From Convolutriloba macropyga (lineage: Eukaryota): a stretch of DNA of 64,000 bases. The stretch is from assembly GCF_964194025.1 (NCBI RefSeq), contig NC_134472.1, positions 70,804,001 through 70,868,000 of the forward strand, in the 5' to 3' direction. The notes beneath the pieces are model-generated. The model was not told the origin of the DNA, ran no database searches, and saw only the letters and a program-made list of their open reading frames with translations. Positions 50,401 to 64,000 of the stretch are shown piece by piece (the stretch's first letter is position 1; each line of letters opens with the position of its first letter). The translations under genes were made by a program, and so were the position numbers.

Positions 50401-52320
50401 TTCATAATACTGTAAAATTCATGCATTTTGTTAACATGATACTTTGTCAAAGCTATATATCTTTACTCAACCGGTAACTACTGCTTCGTAATTTTGTAGT
50501 TCATATCTTTTGTTCACTATCTGTGAATGTGTATTTGTTGTTGTTTGGAAAACTTTAACAAAATGTTTCCTTCAAATTAACCACAGCTACATTGTTTCAA
50601 ATTTTCACAACAGACTGTAGTCTGCAATTTCCAATATAAACTTTTATGTAATTATATGAATAAATTTTGAAGCATGACGCCATAAAAATTTGCAAAACTC
50701 TTGGAAGTCGAAATATCGCCACCGACTTTTGTTGTTATTTGCAACTGTTACATGACTCCACTCCAAGTTGGTATAAAGTTGCAACAACTCTTCATAGTAA
50801 TATGCAATACTTTCAAACCACAATATCTATGCGAGTTAAGTGTGCGTAATGGTTTCCCTATTTCCTTTTCTTTATTGGTAAATATATGCGAGAGCTGGAC
50901 TTTGTGTATCAGACATACAAAGCCGGCGTAGAACTATAACTGTTTATACTCAGCATAACTTTTGAAATATCATACTACTATCCAGCAATTCTACTACTTA
51001 CTACTTTTTTGTAGCCATTATTGTGCTTAGCTATTTTCCAGGTTAACCTCTGGCTTTTCCGTGGAATTTTTGTGATGAAATCGGGATTTGTTATTTCCAA
51101 AGTGTTTTTTGGCGTTCATTCATATTCCCACATTTTTATTATTTCACGTTATATTTCTGTTCAGATTTTACTCTTTTTTGCAGCGTGATCAAACAAACTT
51201 TAAGTATTTCGTAATCAACTTTTTAGTTCTCATTTTTTCACTTTTTATCATCAAAAACAGACGCATTTATTAAGTATCATTAGCAGGTCTTTTTTGAACT
51301 TTCAGCAATTGCCGGCTTTGTTATTAAAATAGATCTTCTATCTTCTCAAAATTCAATTCATTTTCGAATTCAATCAGAACATTTCCTTGTTCATTATTGC
51401 ATTTTATGGTACCAAATTTCCCCCTATGACTCATGTTAGTAGGGTTTTGAAATTGGGTTTCTGTTATCAATAACCTAATTTGAGAGAAATATCAAATTTT
51501 GCTCATTTTCTTTGCATAATTTTTACAGAACGAGCTCTTTTTGCGCGCAAAAATAGCGTTGATTTGAGTCGGTTTTAGTTCGATTTCGGTTAATTTAAGC
51601 GGTTCGAAAGAGAAAGTTCATTTCAAAGGATTTGAGAGTGAAGGTGTTTCAAACTGTACAATCATAATCAATAAAATCTTTTCTCTCTGTGTCGCCCAAA
51701 CATTCCCAATTTTCACCTATTTCACCATTATTTTGAACTCCAAATAAAGCGCCAATTAGGCCTGCTATATCGATCAGCCCGAGAGCTGTAAATATAAACA
51801 CCGTACATACCCATAAACACAAGAATATCCCCTTAAATGTACCGAATATTTAGTCCACGTAAGAGTTATTTAGTCCCCGCGAGCTAAGTTAAGCTACCCT
51901 ACAGCGATAGTTCTAACCCGTTTATCAGTTTTCGGTTATCAAAGGGTACCTTTGTGCACGGTAATGCGTGAAGAACCCGTTTCAAATAAATGTATTCTGA
52001 GAGTATATTCCTATAAATCACTTATAAATAGCCTCCAAGAATAACAACTGAAATCTGTGTGAATTGCTGTGTAATATACTGCCTCCGCTTGTACTATGAC
52101 ACGTATTCCATGCATATAAACATATTTCACCGTGAACAGGGTTTTCTCTGTTTACGAATCGAATCTTGCTTGAAATTGGGCGCTGAGGTTGAACTGAAAT
52201 TTACTACTTTACGGCAAATAGTTTCACCATTTGTTGCAATAGAATTCAGTGCCCGAATATGCACACGCTGCGTGTGAAATCTTAGCAACTGGCGTGATTT
52301 GAATACCTTCTGTTACCGTA

Positions 52321-54248
52321 ATGGCAGGATTGCACGTTTGCCCAAAAGTGGAACCCGACCCGCTAACGGAATCGGACGAATATGAAGAAAACGACACGGT
52401 TGATGACGATTTTAGTAACTGTTCTAGTTCTTTGACCTTGAAATTACCCGAAGTTCAAGTTAGTTCAAACAACGATTCGGACCTAATAAGTGAACATATA
52501 TACGCATTGCCCTTTCCTAAACTAGCAAACCCTAATGCCGACACGTTAACGTTTAAACACCATAGTAGCACCAGGACCACCCCAACGTCGGCAAATCCGG
52601 TTCCCAGAATTTCGAGTCCTGAAATCTCTGTAAGTATGACAGTCCCGAAACCCGTTGCGGGGTTTCCGAGCGTTCCACCGTTGCATCGAAGGAACACAGA
52701 TACGATTCTGAAACATCCTTCATTACATCGGCCAATCGCTCCTAGACCTCAAGTTTCCAAATATGGAACCAATCCTCGACTTGCGACATCTAATCAAGCC
52801 GAATGGCTTACGTCATCGCCTGGTGATTGGACGACGAGAAGTTTCGGGAGATTTAAGAAAACCGAGAGCACAATTTTGCCCTCGACGTCGTCCGAACATA
52901 ACAGTAATGAAAACGATTACTATTCGCCCGGAGATTATATTGATGTAAACGGTCGAATGTTTTATAAGCGAGGTTCTTTAATGGATCATCAATTGTACTG
53001 CGAGAGTAAGAATTTCGAAAAGAGGTCGAGTTATAATAACGCAACCGGGGGCGGGGTTTACTTAGAACCAGTGCAATTGTTAGCTTTGCATGATAACGGG
53101 CAACTAAGACCCGTTTCTTTTGTGAGCCCACAAGAGCAGCAGTATGGCAGTATTTACGAGAGTACTAATAAGAATGATAGCGATAGCTCAGGGGCGGCTG
53201 CGAATCATGGTTTTAAGATGACAAAATTTGACAAAAATAGACGGCCCGTTTCTATGATAAACTTGGGAACAAACAGCAGCAATTCAGGCGCTCAGAAACA
53301 TTTGCAAATATTGACTCAATGCTACGAGGTCGAGTCATCAAGAGAGAACATAGATCGTACAGCAGACAATTTAGTCAGTAATGCAAATGAATCATTTATA
53401 ACCAGCACCACCACAACTAATGGTAATATTAATAACAATGCGACTAGTATTAACAATAACCAGCTGAACTTAAAACAAACTTTGACTTCTACGACTCAAA
53501 GCAAAACATACACAAATGGTCTAACCTCAAATGGACACCATCAAACGACCAAATCCGCCACTAATTTAACCTTAAGTCACTCAAACGATCAAAATTTACC
53601 GCCTTCAAACTATCAAAGACTGGTTATAAACAGTCCTAAAAAGACGTCAAGCTTTATGGAAACTCTTTCGAGCTCCGAAAGCGAAAGTGTCGCTAGTTCG
53701 TCAACTAGTGGAAAACCTTCAGGAATCCCGAACCGCTTCGAGCAGAAGTACAAATTCGACCTAAACAGTGAATCGGAAATTTCTTGGGGCGATGCTGAGA
53801 TGGCATTCGGAGTTCAAGTCACGAAAGAGCATGTTGTGAACAGGAATTACTACTATGACTTTCGAGTTACAGCGAGCGAAGGTGCCAACGTAAACTACCA
53901 CTCATTAGACCGGGAGTTTGATTTCATAACCACAAATTTTCCGCTGGTCGAAACGAAATTCTTCGAGGAACAACTTCGGAGAGTCTACCCGACCATCGTA
54001 ATTCCAGACTGTCCTCAACTATCGCCAACTCCCAGCTCTGGGCCATACTGTGGAACTCTTTCGTTGGAAATCTGGCTGTCGTGGCTCGGGAGGCATCCGG
54101 TTATTGGGAAAAGTCCTATTTTCTGGCATATGTTGCGATATGCCAGGAGTAAAGACTGGCATGGCCAGAAGACATCAATCAAGAAAGTGGAACAGTTTAT
54201 TAAGCAAAGGGGAGCTTCGCTAGCAGATGGAGCGGCTGAAAATGCAAT
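52321..54248 (+). CDS. Sorting nexin SNX9/18/33-like (PX-BAR), exon 1
   Basis: Long S/T/N-rich disordered N-terminus, then PX-like YYYDFRVT..YPTIVIPDCP..LEIWLSWLGRHPVIGKSPIFWHML..KDW (compare SNX9 CRHPVIS.SEVF..FL..KEWK). Donor AT|GTACGT, phase 2. Confidence 0.8.
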
Positions 54249-55461
54249 GTACGTATTTTCCACGATTGCCCAGTTTATGCCCATTTTAAAAACTCACTTT
54301 TTGGAATTTGTTGAATGCATATTGCACATATGTTTACATGCAAAAATGACCTTAAAGTTAGATTAAATTAGTTCGGAGTTTATTTTTTAATATGCAGATA
54401 TTGACGGTTACAATTTTATCGACTAATAACAGCGTTTACAATGAAGTTATCCTAGACTAACGTCAAATTTCGGCGACCTATTGTTTAAATGATAATTTGT
54501 TGTTTACAGCTTCCATGTCATTGTAGGGTATGTACGGTTTTGTTTCTATTTCGAACTGATAAAATTCAGTTTTCATCCTATAACAATCATTACCTTTCAG
54601 TTACTCTCTGCAGGAGTTACTAGCTTACATTTTCTGTTTACGTTTGCTTAATTCTCTTTACATTCTGGTATCAAGTCAAATTTATTTTGGAACCAATCAA
54701 CTAAAAAGGCTGTTTAACGAGGAGGCTCGGTGATGTGCGGACGCACATAATGTTCTGTCTCATCTAATTCCTAATCTTTGATCCATTTTTTCTCAACTAG
54801 AGGACATAAAGTGATTCTTCGAAAACCGAGAAACAATTTCTAAATGCTGACGTAACTAACAAAAGTTTCCCCAAAAAATTAGCCTCTGGAGTGAAAAGTA
54901 GTTTTGATGCCTGAGCAACTCAATTACTAAAACTACCAAAAAAGTCACATCTTGGACCGATCAAGCAAAAATAAAAATATAATTTTATAAATCAACTTGA
55001 AACTTTGTGAAAGAGCAGAGTTTCCGAATTTGTGCATTGTCTGCTCTACGGGTAGTTGAGAAAAACATGTGCTCAAATTAAAAAAGGTCAATTTTGGGGT
55101 TGATGATGTGTAAACTGCAAGGATTGTTGGAAAATTCCGGAAAACGGACGATAACTCTTCCTAATAGCCTACAGACGTGAAAACATCACAGACAACCTTA
55201 CAAAGAAAACTTTAATTCCGAGTAGAGTACGCTCATGTATATATTTATTTAATGCGTGCGCCTGATATGCAAATTATGACAAAGGGTAATAAATTTCTAA
55301 AAAGTAAAATTTTTCTGTTATGTCTACATTTCCAGTCAAACTCCTTCAAAAAGACTGCAGAATTTTAATTAACGGCTAGAGAAATTTTTTTCGAAATGAA
55401 ATGTATGTTAACATATACTGAGTTTACTTGCAGAACATCCTTTGAAGCAAAAACGGGTTCA

Positions 55462-55537
55462 AAAATCAAAAACTGAAAAAAGTTTGTGGCAATGAGGAAA
55501 ATCAAAAACTGAAAAAAGTTTGTGGCAATGAGGAAAA
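55462..55537. repeat. 36-bp tandem duplication
   Basis: AAAATCAAAAACTGAAAAAAGTTTGTGGCAATGAGG occurs twice. Confidence 0.9.
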
Positions 55538-58419
55538 TAAGAAGGCTCAACTACCATTATAAGTAATTTAGCTGGAACAGACGAAAATCTTACCATGTGT
55601 CACCCATTACAAAGTAAATGATATAACCAAATTATTACAAAAGATATAACCCAATTTCGGAAAAAAAATTAGACAAAATGTGAAAGGCTGATTTGGCGGC
55701 TATATACTATTCGCAAGAAATTTTGCATTTTTCAAAATCAAACACATTGCACAAAAGTCTATCCCAATGATGCAGGAAGGATATTTCATCTTTTAAAATG
55801 AAACCAATCCTTTCCAGAGGAAAAAAAATATCACACATTTTAGCAATTCATAGCAAATATTTGAATGAAAAGTACGGAAAAAATAAACAATAGAGAAAAA
55901 AACTCGATTTTTCACAAATTTCAAACCTCGATAACTGGTGAAAAATGAAGAGATTCGGAAATTTATCATCTTCACTCCCACTATTGTGAGTGTAAACTGC
56001 ATCCGATGATGCGCTGTACTCAAACCTTGGTGCACTAAGGATGTGTCCGAGCACTAAACGGTTCTTACAATTTAATGTAAAAGCTTCCAATAGTATGGAT
56101 GGTCTTGTGCAAAATCAATTATGTCAAGTTAAATGAATTGCTTTCAAAGCTATCAGGGGTAAATTATCCATCACCAAAGGTTAAAAAATCATTTCGAACA
56201 AAATTGAATCAAATTGGTCAAATTAGACATCAGCAAAAATTTTCAGTGACCTGTCTTTTCCAAATTCGGATTGTTCAAAACAACAAAAAACTGACATTCA
56301 TTTGATTGCATTATTTTTTCCTCTAACATTTCGTTTCTTGTTTTTGGAAAGTTTTTGTTTTTAAGAAATCTTTTATTGCTGTTCGCGCGACAAAAGAATT
56401 TTGCCCCAAATATTCTTTGAAGAAAAATTAACTATTAGTCACTGTGCTAGGAAATTATGACTTGTTTGATCTCTTCATTATGTTCCTTTATAGTGATTTG
56501 AAGCTATTTTTTTTTTCAAAAAATATCTTAAATAAGTTTAAGAACGTTCTGTAAGAGTTGAAATCATCGAAAGCATTTTGGTTTCAGATATCCAAATCTC
56601 ATTTTGATATATTTTTTTTCGCCGCTCATGTTTATATGGAGTACATTTGAGATCAGATGCTGTAATGAAGGAAAAGAATTTGTCGTAGCCAGAGTTATTT
56701 TCCATTTTAGGTCAAAATATGAGTTGATATAATCCTTTTGCTTTGTTAAACTATAAACATATTTCTGAAATTTGATTTTTCAGTTCAACTTTTATTTCAG
56801 AATTTTTTCTAAATTTATTTACTCGTTAAAAGGGTGTCTAGTTGTTGGAAAACGGGAGGAAATTTTTATCGCCGATTGGTTTTCTAGTAATAAATATTCA
56901 TTGCTAGTTGGGATTAGGTTAATAGCATTGGCATTTTTGGGTATACTTTTAAATGAGGGTTTGAGAATAATAATTAAGGTATCTTTTGTTTACTGTGTTT
57001 CCTGATTTTTTCATTTGAAATCTCTCCGATTCTTCACTTATGAAGTGACAGAATAACTGTCAATTTTCCTCGTTTTTAACTATTGCGCCGAAGTTTTCTG
57101 GGTTCTTGCTTCTTTTTATTTGATGACAGGAATAATGTTTTGATAAGGCTTACAAAAGGCTGAAAATATTTACGAAATTAGTCATTTTTCTTCACAATTG
57201 TTGTTTCACTTTGGCCTATTGCTTTAATAGGTTGATACTGTTGTTCACAATAAATTTTAAAAAGTTCTCATACAACTGAAAGTTGCAACATAAACAAGGA
57301 AGTCTGCAAACATTATATAACTAAAAACTTGTAATTTTGGTCAACTCCGATACTTGAGGCTCGCTTGAGGCAGAAATTAAAAATGGTTAAACAGTTCAAC
57401 TGTAAAAAAGGTTAAACTTCAATTTTATTAAATCTTCTAACTAAAAAATTAGCAGCCAAGTACTCAAATGACTAATTGCAGTTCAGTTTGTCCACGCAAG
57501 CGGCTCTTGTTGATTTCCCCGGTTGACAAGAATTTCTTATCGTAAACTTTTCATTTTATGGAGCATCAACCTCATACTTTGAAAAAATGGTACGATTTTA
57601 ACAGGGATTCAACTTGGTCTTAAATGAAAGTTTTTTGATCATAGCTTTTTTTTCCATAATGAGAGTTCTTTCATTACAGCTTTTTCAGAACTGGGATTTC
57701 TATGATTAAAACATTTTCCATGATTGAAGATCTATGGTAACTATTTCTCCATGACAACAAACAAGAGGACTTATGGGGGCATTGGTTTCTCCGCGCGACC
57801 TCATGAGCTTCAAAAATCTACAAAAAAGGATTTGATTTTTTTACTTGCAACTTAAGCAAAAATAGCTCAATTTCCAAGACATACGAATTACCTAAAGTCT
57901 AAAATTAAATCCCGGATAGGCCAGGATTTAAAATACATAACAATAGCACCATAAGCAACCCAAAAACAAAGCACACTATTTATACAGCACATGGGAGAAG
58001 CCCCCTAGAAATGGAGGGACTTTTAACGAAAAATCGTTTTTTCTCAAAAATGCAGTTTATCACCAAAATTAAACACAAGGAGCTGAAACCAAAGTTAAGT
58101 GTAAAATCAGCGGTTTCCAAAAGAATTGTAAACTTTGGTCTCTCAGTTCTATCTGGAAATTTTTTGTAAGAAGTTCTATGTTTACAACTTTTCGATAAAC
58201 ACCCAATCACTAAAACTGAAATATTTGGATTTTTCTACTCAAATTTTCGCAAATTTCTCAATATTTTTGCGTTTTCTGTTTGCGCTTTTTCGAAAAATTT
58301 TGCAAAAGTTCACAGTCAAATTTTTTCAAAGAAGCCATGTTATGATGTTGTAATTTTATAACTCTTTGACCTATGGGGTCAACCCGGGTTAACATCTCGT
58401 TCATGTGCTTCTATTTCAG

Positions 58420-59032
58420 ATTAACAAATTACCCAAACTTCCTTCACCAAGAAAAACTTCAAGCAATTGCAATAGAGCACAAACTACTCTCTCTTCTAAA
58501 CACAGTTGAACTTTCACTCAAACAACACTCTATGTTGATCAAAGCCGAAAAATACGTCATCAAATCAATCGGTGAAGAAATGCGCAACTTCTCGGAAATT
58601 TCCAAGTTACGTAATCCTGACAACACGTCATGCTCAGACAGCTTCTCGTTTGTCGGACACAAAATCGCAACTTGCGAAGACAAACTGCACACTGATTGGT
58701 TGGAAAGTTCGTTCAAACTTCGAGTTCAGTTGCAAACAATTTTGTCAGCTTATCGCCGGCTAATAAAAATTCTTAACAGTCGAAGTTTGAAAAAGTATGT
58801 GAAATTATTTCAAACATTGAACAAACAACCAAAACAAGGCTCTAAGAAGGTTCTAGAATCGAATGCTGCGTTATTGACGTGCTACACGTTTCTTGCCGAG
58901 CTGAACTATTTGAAATCGTATGAAATTGATTTGGTGTTTACGCCTACATACCAATTCGTGAAAGAAGTTCAAACGTCGTTCGAAGAAGCCTCGGAGGACT
59001 TAGCAAATGCTTTTGATACGATCAAGTTTTAG
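58420..59032 (+). CDS. Sorting nexin SNX9/18/33-like, exon 2 (BAR domain)
   Basis: TTTCAG|A phase 2 matches exon 1. The helical domain ends YTFLAELNYLKSYEIDL..FVKEVQTSFEEASEDLANAF (compare SNX9-family YALQAEMNHF..YL..Q..FY..IAEKL..A). Spliced product is ~846 aa. Confidence 0.8.
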
Positions 59033-62000
59033 TTTAATAAATTTTACAATCGAAATGAAATTTTCTAAAACTGAAATTTATATTTATGAATTTAATAATG
59101 CTTCCGTTTGATTTGACATAACCTGAGTTTTCGTAATTAGACTTTTTGTTGAAAACTTCATCTCCCTGTATTTTATGATGGCTTCATAAAAGGCTCCAAA
59201 TTCCCTAGCAATCTTTGTCGGAACCAAATTCATTTTGGATCTTGGTTATGTTTTATGTTTGGGGTTATGTTAGGGTTATGTTTGGGGGGGGGGGGGGGGT
59301 CTAAGTAGGCGCAATTTCTGCGAAAATGAACCAGTACTGGATACAACCCCCCCCCCTCCTCCCCCCACTTGCAACCCTAGTGTGCTAACCGTTGCTTCAA
59401 CTGATCTTAAGCTCTAGAACTTGGGCATCTCTTATAACCCAATCTTTCTTTTTTCCTCAAGGCGACTTCTCTCTAGTAGCTAAGTATACGTTGAATACGT
59501 GCAGCTCCTTGCCAAGCCATATGTCAAGATTATCGTATGTATAATTTACAATAGGTTGTTGGCTCTCAAACGCTCTAACAGCTTTCAAAATATATCAACT
59601 TAAAATAACGCACATCAGTTATGTATGATAAAAAAACGGTTTTCAAAAGGAGAAGTTGAATTGCTGATCGAGAAAAGATTTCTCTATTTATATGATTGCG
59701 GACTGTCGTTTGCAAATATTAATTAAGTGCACAAAATTTATGAACCATACATTCAGACACTTGTAATAAAATACAGTAACAGTATTCCTGTAAATAATTG
59801 AAAACAGCGCTACACTTTGAAAGGTATCCGAGGATAGAACTCACAGCTTTGCCTGTTTCTCCTGCCATGAACTAGATGGCAAAACAAGAGTGTAACCGTT
59901 ATTGAGAGCAGATGGATAGCTGTCATTTGAACATGTTTATAGCTGGCATATAATGCAAGGTATAAATTTGGATTTCCAGAAATTTGAAACCCACAGAAGA
60001 TTTCTATATACATGTCTGCACGTTAGCAACTTTATAACTTTATATAGGGCGAAAACAGGGCTTAAATTAATGACTTGAAAACACCTGCGGTATTCAAAGA
60101 TTCATGTTCTTGCAATGAACAGTACAATTTACGATACAATAATTCTACAAAAAAAGAGCAAATAATTTAAGTTAGTCGAGATTTCACCTGATACGTTTCA
60201 ACTACACGATAAAACATCTAGAAGATATCGGGAATTTAGATGTAACAACACAATTATAAGCACAAAAAAATTATTGTTAGGAAGATTTCAAGTAAGGCAG
60301 ACCCCGTTTGGGTTATCTTTATTGCCTCCAGGTTTATAAGTACAGAGCTAGTTATTTCTATGCGCGAAGTAGACTTACCTAACACTAGCTGGCTAAGCGA
60401 CTTTGGAAAACATCGCAGAAAAGTTTTAATTAGAAATCTATAAAGCGCCCGACTCAACGATATCATCATGGCGTGTTAATTCAGGAGACTGTTTCAAGTG
60501 GACTATCATGCACAAGTTAAAATAAGAATAGACTCTTCTCATTCTTATATTTATGGAGAATTCACAAAATAGATTTCCATTTTCTTCTTCCATCCCGGGT
60601 TAAAAAGTTTTTACACAGAGCGTTAGTTGCAGCTGGAAAATCTGTTTGCTTCTGCGAATTCTGTATAATCAGTGGGTTACTTGAACCGTCAATGAATGAT
60701 CCACGATCGTTCGTCTCAGAGATCAGTGAGAGTTCGCATTATTTTGTTTTCTGGTCAGAAACGTCTAGTTGGTGCTAAAGGTCTCTCACAGTCTTGTGAA
60801 AGTGAGTTTTTATGTCTTATTTGGAAAGAGATGTGTCGCATATGATTTTGTGTGGATGTACAAAAAAATCTTTTAATTGTCCACTTGTCGATACGATGTA
60901 GCAGCTAAGCTTCTGAATAGCATCCTTTTTAGCTACTGCGAGCTACCCATTCTAGTATTTTAATTGAGAACGGACCAACGGGAAAACAGAAAAAAAACAA
61001 AGTGAAGTTAAATTAAAAATCGAAAGAAAGATGAAAAGAAACAAACTAAAAGTAGTAGAAAGTTTACAAGAGTTTTTGGAGGTGGCAAAGGTTCTGTTTG
61101 CAAAATTGATTGTTTCTCTTGATCGTTAAGAGCTAGATATGTGATCTGTTGGGGTTTGTGGCTCCATATTTTTGTCTTTGCCCAAAATCAAATTTTGGAG
61201 GTTAATTCTAGGAACCACGAAAAACATCCAGCAACTCTGAGTTTCGAGACAGGCTTAAGGGCTCTAAGTTAGAACTCTGTTTTGTAGTGAGAGGTCACTG
61301 CTAAGAGTTGGTTGACAATCTATTTTTTTTTCAAGGGAGTGTGGAGCGGTTATTTGACTAAAATCCAACCGCAATACCACAGATGGAAAGTGTGGCCGTA
61401 CGTACACTTCGTTGTTTGACCTTCTATGCATCACGGAAGCTCAATTTGGACGACTACAAGTTGTCAATTTGCTGCGTACAGGTACACGAAGAGGAAGTGG
61501 TACCTGATGGGGTCGAAATTCGAATGCCTTTGCGGTACCGCATCTCAAAACAATATGAACAATTCATACAGTACGGTGATGCAACCTTTGAGTTCACGTA
61601 CTGCGCATGTGTGCTATCATCAATGAGGATTATGTCCGTATGAAGTAATGCTGAATAAATTCACAGTTATGCATCGTGAATAGTTTTAAGCAAGCATAAA
61701 TTCCTTCGCGCAACAATACATTCATAGTTTTGTATTTTGGTCCTATTCACGTGAAGCAATAGGATTTATCGATAGGACTCGCAATCGCTTTGCGCGTGAC
61801 GCTAACACTAAATTCAAGATAGAATGGGTCGTACTTTTTATAGAGGTTTTAGGGACCTGTGTCCCGTGAGAAAATATTTTTTAAGTATTCGTCGACGTCT
61901 TCGGCCAACGCAGAAAAGTACTTCGAGCCGTGCCAGAAGCGTTCAGGATTCAGAGCAAATAAGCGTACTTTAGGGGGACCATGCGATCGCAGCCTTTTTT

Positions 62001-62399
62001 CTGTATGATCTTCTCAAGTTTTCCAATCCTGCAGTTGACAGCTGTAAGTTCTAGGGAATCATTGGACAAGGCAGCAATTTTGCTAATTCGTTTGGGGACG
62101 TGAATCCCGAGTCCGGTGTTGGGGCCGGCGGGTCGGTGAAATTGTCTTTGGACAGGGGCAAAAGTGCGTGGACGAGCGATACGAGCTGATTTTTGTGCCT
62201 GTGGTGCCCTGAGGATTGCAGTGTCCTTACTGAGGGAGGTCCGTTAGGTGATGCTCACAACAGAGGCGTTTATGCTGAAGGGGATGGTTTTTGTGACAAC
62301 ATTGTCGAAGAAGTTATAGATTTGTGTTTCGATAGTTATCTGTGGAGGTCGTTAGTGTCACTTCTCGAGGAATAATGGGATAGGGCGATCGCAAACGGG

Positions 62400-64000
62400 T
62401 GCGTCGTGATATTCCAAGCTTGAAAATTACAGTCTCAGCAATTTATTGCTTGAAAAATTGGTGTGCCAGGAAAGAGTATTAGCCAGGCAATTTTGTAGGG
62501 AGAATAAGGATATCCGCACTAGTTCACTCGTTTTAGGATGACTGTGGGAGGCCGGTGAAGGTGAGGTATTTATTGACCCGGGATTGGATAACCGTGGTTA
62601 CAGTCTATGACTGTACTGAAGAGTGTGCTGTGCTGAAGAACGCTGGGATTTGCATTTGACAGCTATTTAGCTCTATTGGTTAGGGTAAGATGCACTGGGT
62701 AAGATGCACTGGACCAACAACAAAAAGTCGACGGGTGTTGGCTTGGTTTTGGGCTAAGAGGTGGGTGAGTTTTTTTGCTTATTTTTGAGTCGGGTTTGGT
62801 AAAAAAACGGGCATTGCTAAACAGTAAAAAAAAATTAAATTTGGTTACTAGAAAAATTTAAGATTTCTCCAGGAATGTCCTCTAAGTATTGGCCAGTTTA
62901 ATCAAGACAGTACAATAAAAAGGAGATAAGCATGTGATGGCTTTTGTTTGTGTGGTTTGAAAGATTCCAATTGAAGAGATTCTAATCTGATTTAAATCTA
63001 GTGTGCATTGGAAATGCCTAGTGGTCATAGATCATTGTAGGTAATGTAGTTGTACGTGTTTGTAAGTTTGAGTTATTCTATGCTGTAGGTGAGAAAAGAA
63101 TAGAGAAAATCTGAAGTTTCTGTAAAAATCATTTCATTTTGGGAGTTTTTGAATGAATAGTAGAGGAGCAATGTCTACGTGTTTTTTCTTTGGGGTAGGT
63201 GGTTCCTTACTACCAGTTGCAGTTTGCCTGAGAGAGAATGTTACAGAAACCAGAAGTAATTACTCTAGCCATAGTGACAGTAGATCCAAAACGTTTTCAT
63301 ATTGTAAGTGTTAAAATTAATGCGAGGGAAGCCAAAGAGAGTTTGTAGGAAATTAAACAGTATTCGTTCAAAAGGTACTTTTTAAGCGGGTACCAAGGAT
63401 ATCAAAAGATTTCAATAAAGGAGTTTTTTAAGTAAATTCCACGTTAGTTAGGGTGCGTCAGTGGAGGCGACGTAAAGTAAATTGTTTGCAACTGATGAAT
63501 ATTTTTACGAAAATAGTGCACTGTTTTTGTGTTTGAGACTATTTTGAGTCTAACTGTGATTGTCTCGCAAATTCTACAAAACTTATGACTCGTGTTTAAA
63601 GTTTTTCTGCTGTGTCATCAATTCAATGAAAAATTGTTTTTTACTTGTTGAGGTAAAGTTTTTTGTGGCAGTCGATGCAAATTTGTTGAGCGTTAAAATT
63701 AATTTGTGTGAGGCTGTATGAAATCGAGTGTGATTACGTTTGTAATGTTTTGCGACTTAATTGGCTTAGACGTTGGACGATATGAGTCATCGTTGTCTGC
63801 ATCTAGTGTTTTTAATGGATCAATGTTATCAACTTGACATTGTGCTTTACGCGACCAGGAGAATGTTCTAGGTATTAATTGATAAAAAAAGTTCACTGTT
63901 TTGGTAGTAAATTAGAATGCGTTCGTAGCATTGATTTTCAATAATAGAGAGTGTGCTATCCTGATGAACTTAAACGCAGAAGGTGCTTGTTTGAGTACTT
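62400..64000 (-). mobile_element. Possible highly decayed non-LTR (L1/Tx1-like) remnant
   Basis: Only faint motifs (KLSL.S.ALI, LSPFY) and strand skew; no intact catalytic motif seen. Confidence 0.25.

Noticed and set aside
54249-54366. C-terminus of the 681-aa ORF as real coding sequence
   Set aside because: A phase-compatible donor at 54249 and acceptor at 58419 join PX to BAR, so this tail is probably intron read-through.
61383-61643. Overlapping short ORFs in a GC-richer patch
   Set aside because: No recognisable domain or splice context.

Overview
This is AT-rich, intron-containing eukaryotic (invertebrate-like) DNA, dense in transposable elements. Four host genes are recognisable: an intronless RPS16 CDS (12167-12610); a six-exon EBP2/EBNA1BP2 gene (20578-~35159); an atypical Rab-like GTPase nested antisense in EBP2 intron 2; and a two-exon SNX9/18/33-like PX-BAR gene (52321-59032). 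The most striking object is a Ty3/gypsy-type LTR element at ~4400-10500. Its gag and integrase are decayed and PR-RT-RNaseH is deleted. It still carries, upstream of its polypurine tract, an uninterrupted 666-aa envelope ORF with chuvirus-glycoprotein-like motifs, an array of six 16-bp palindromes, and an uninterrupted coiled-coil + DnaJ (HPD) ORF. The rest is decayed LINEs (one near-full-length L2-type with a PHD ORF1), a family of Helentron/DINE-1-like non-autonomous elements, several MITEs and local tandem duplications including a ~2.5 kb one. Family assignments come from motif recognition by eye; no database search was run.
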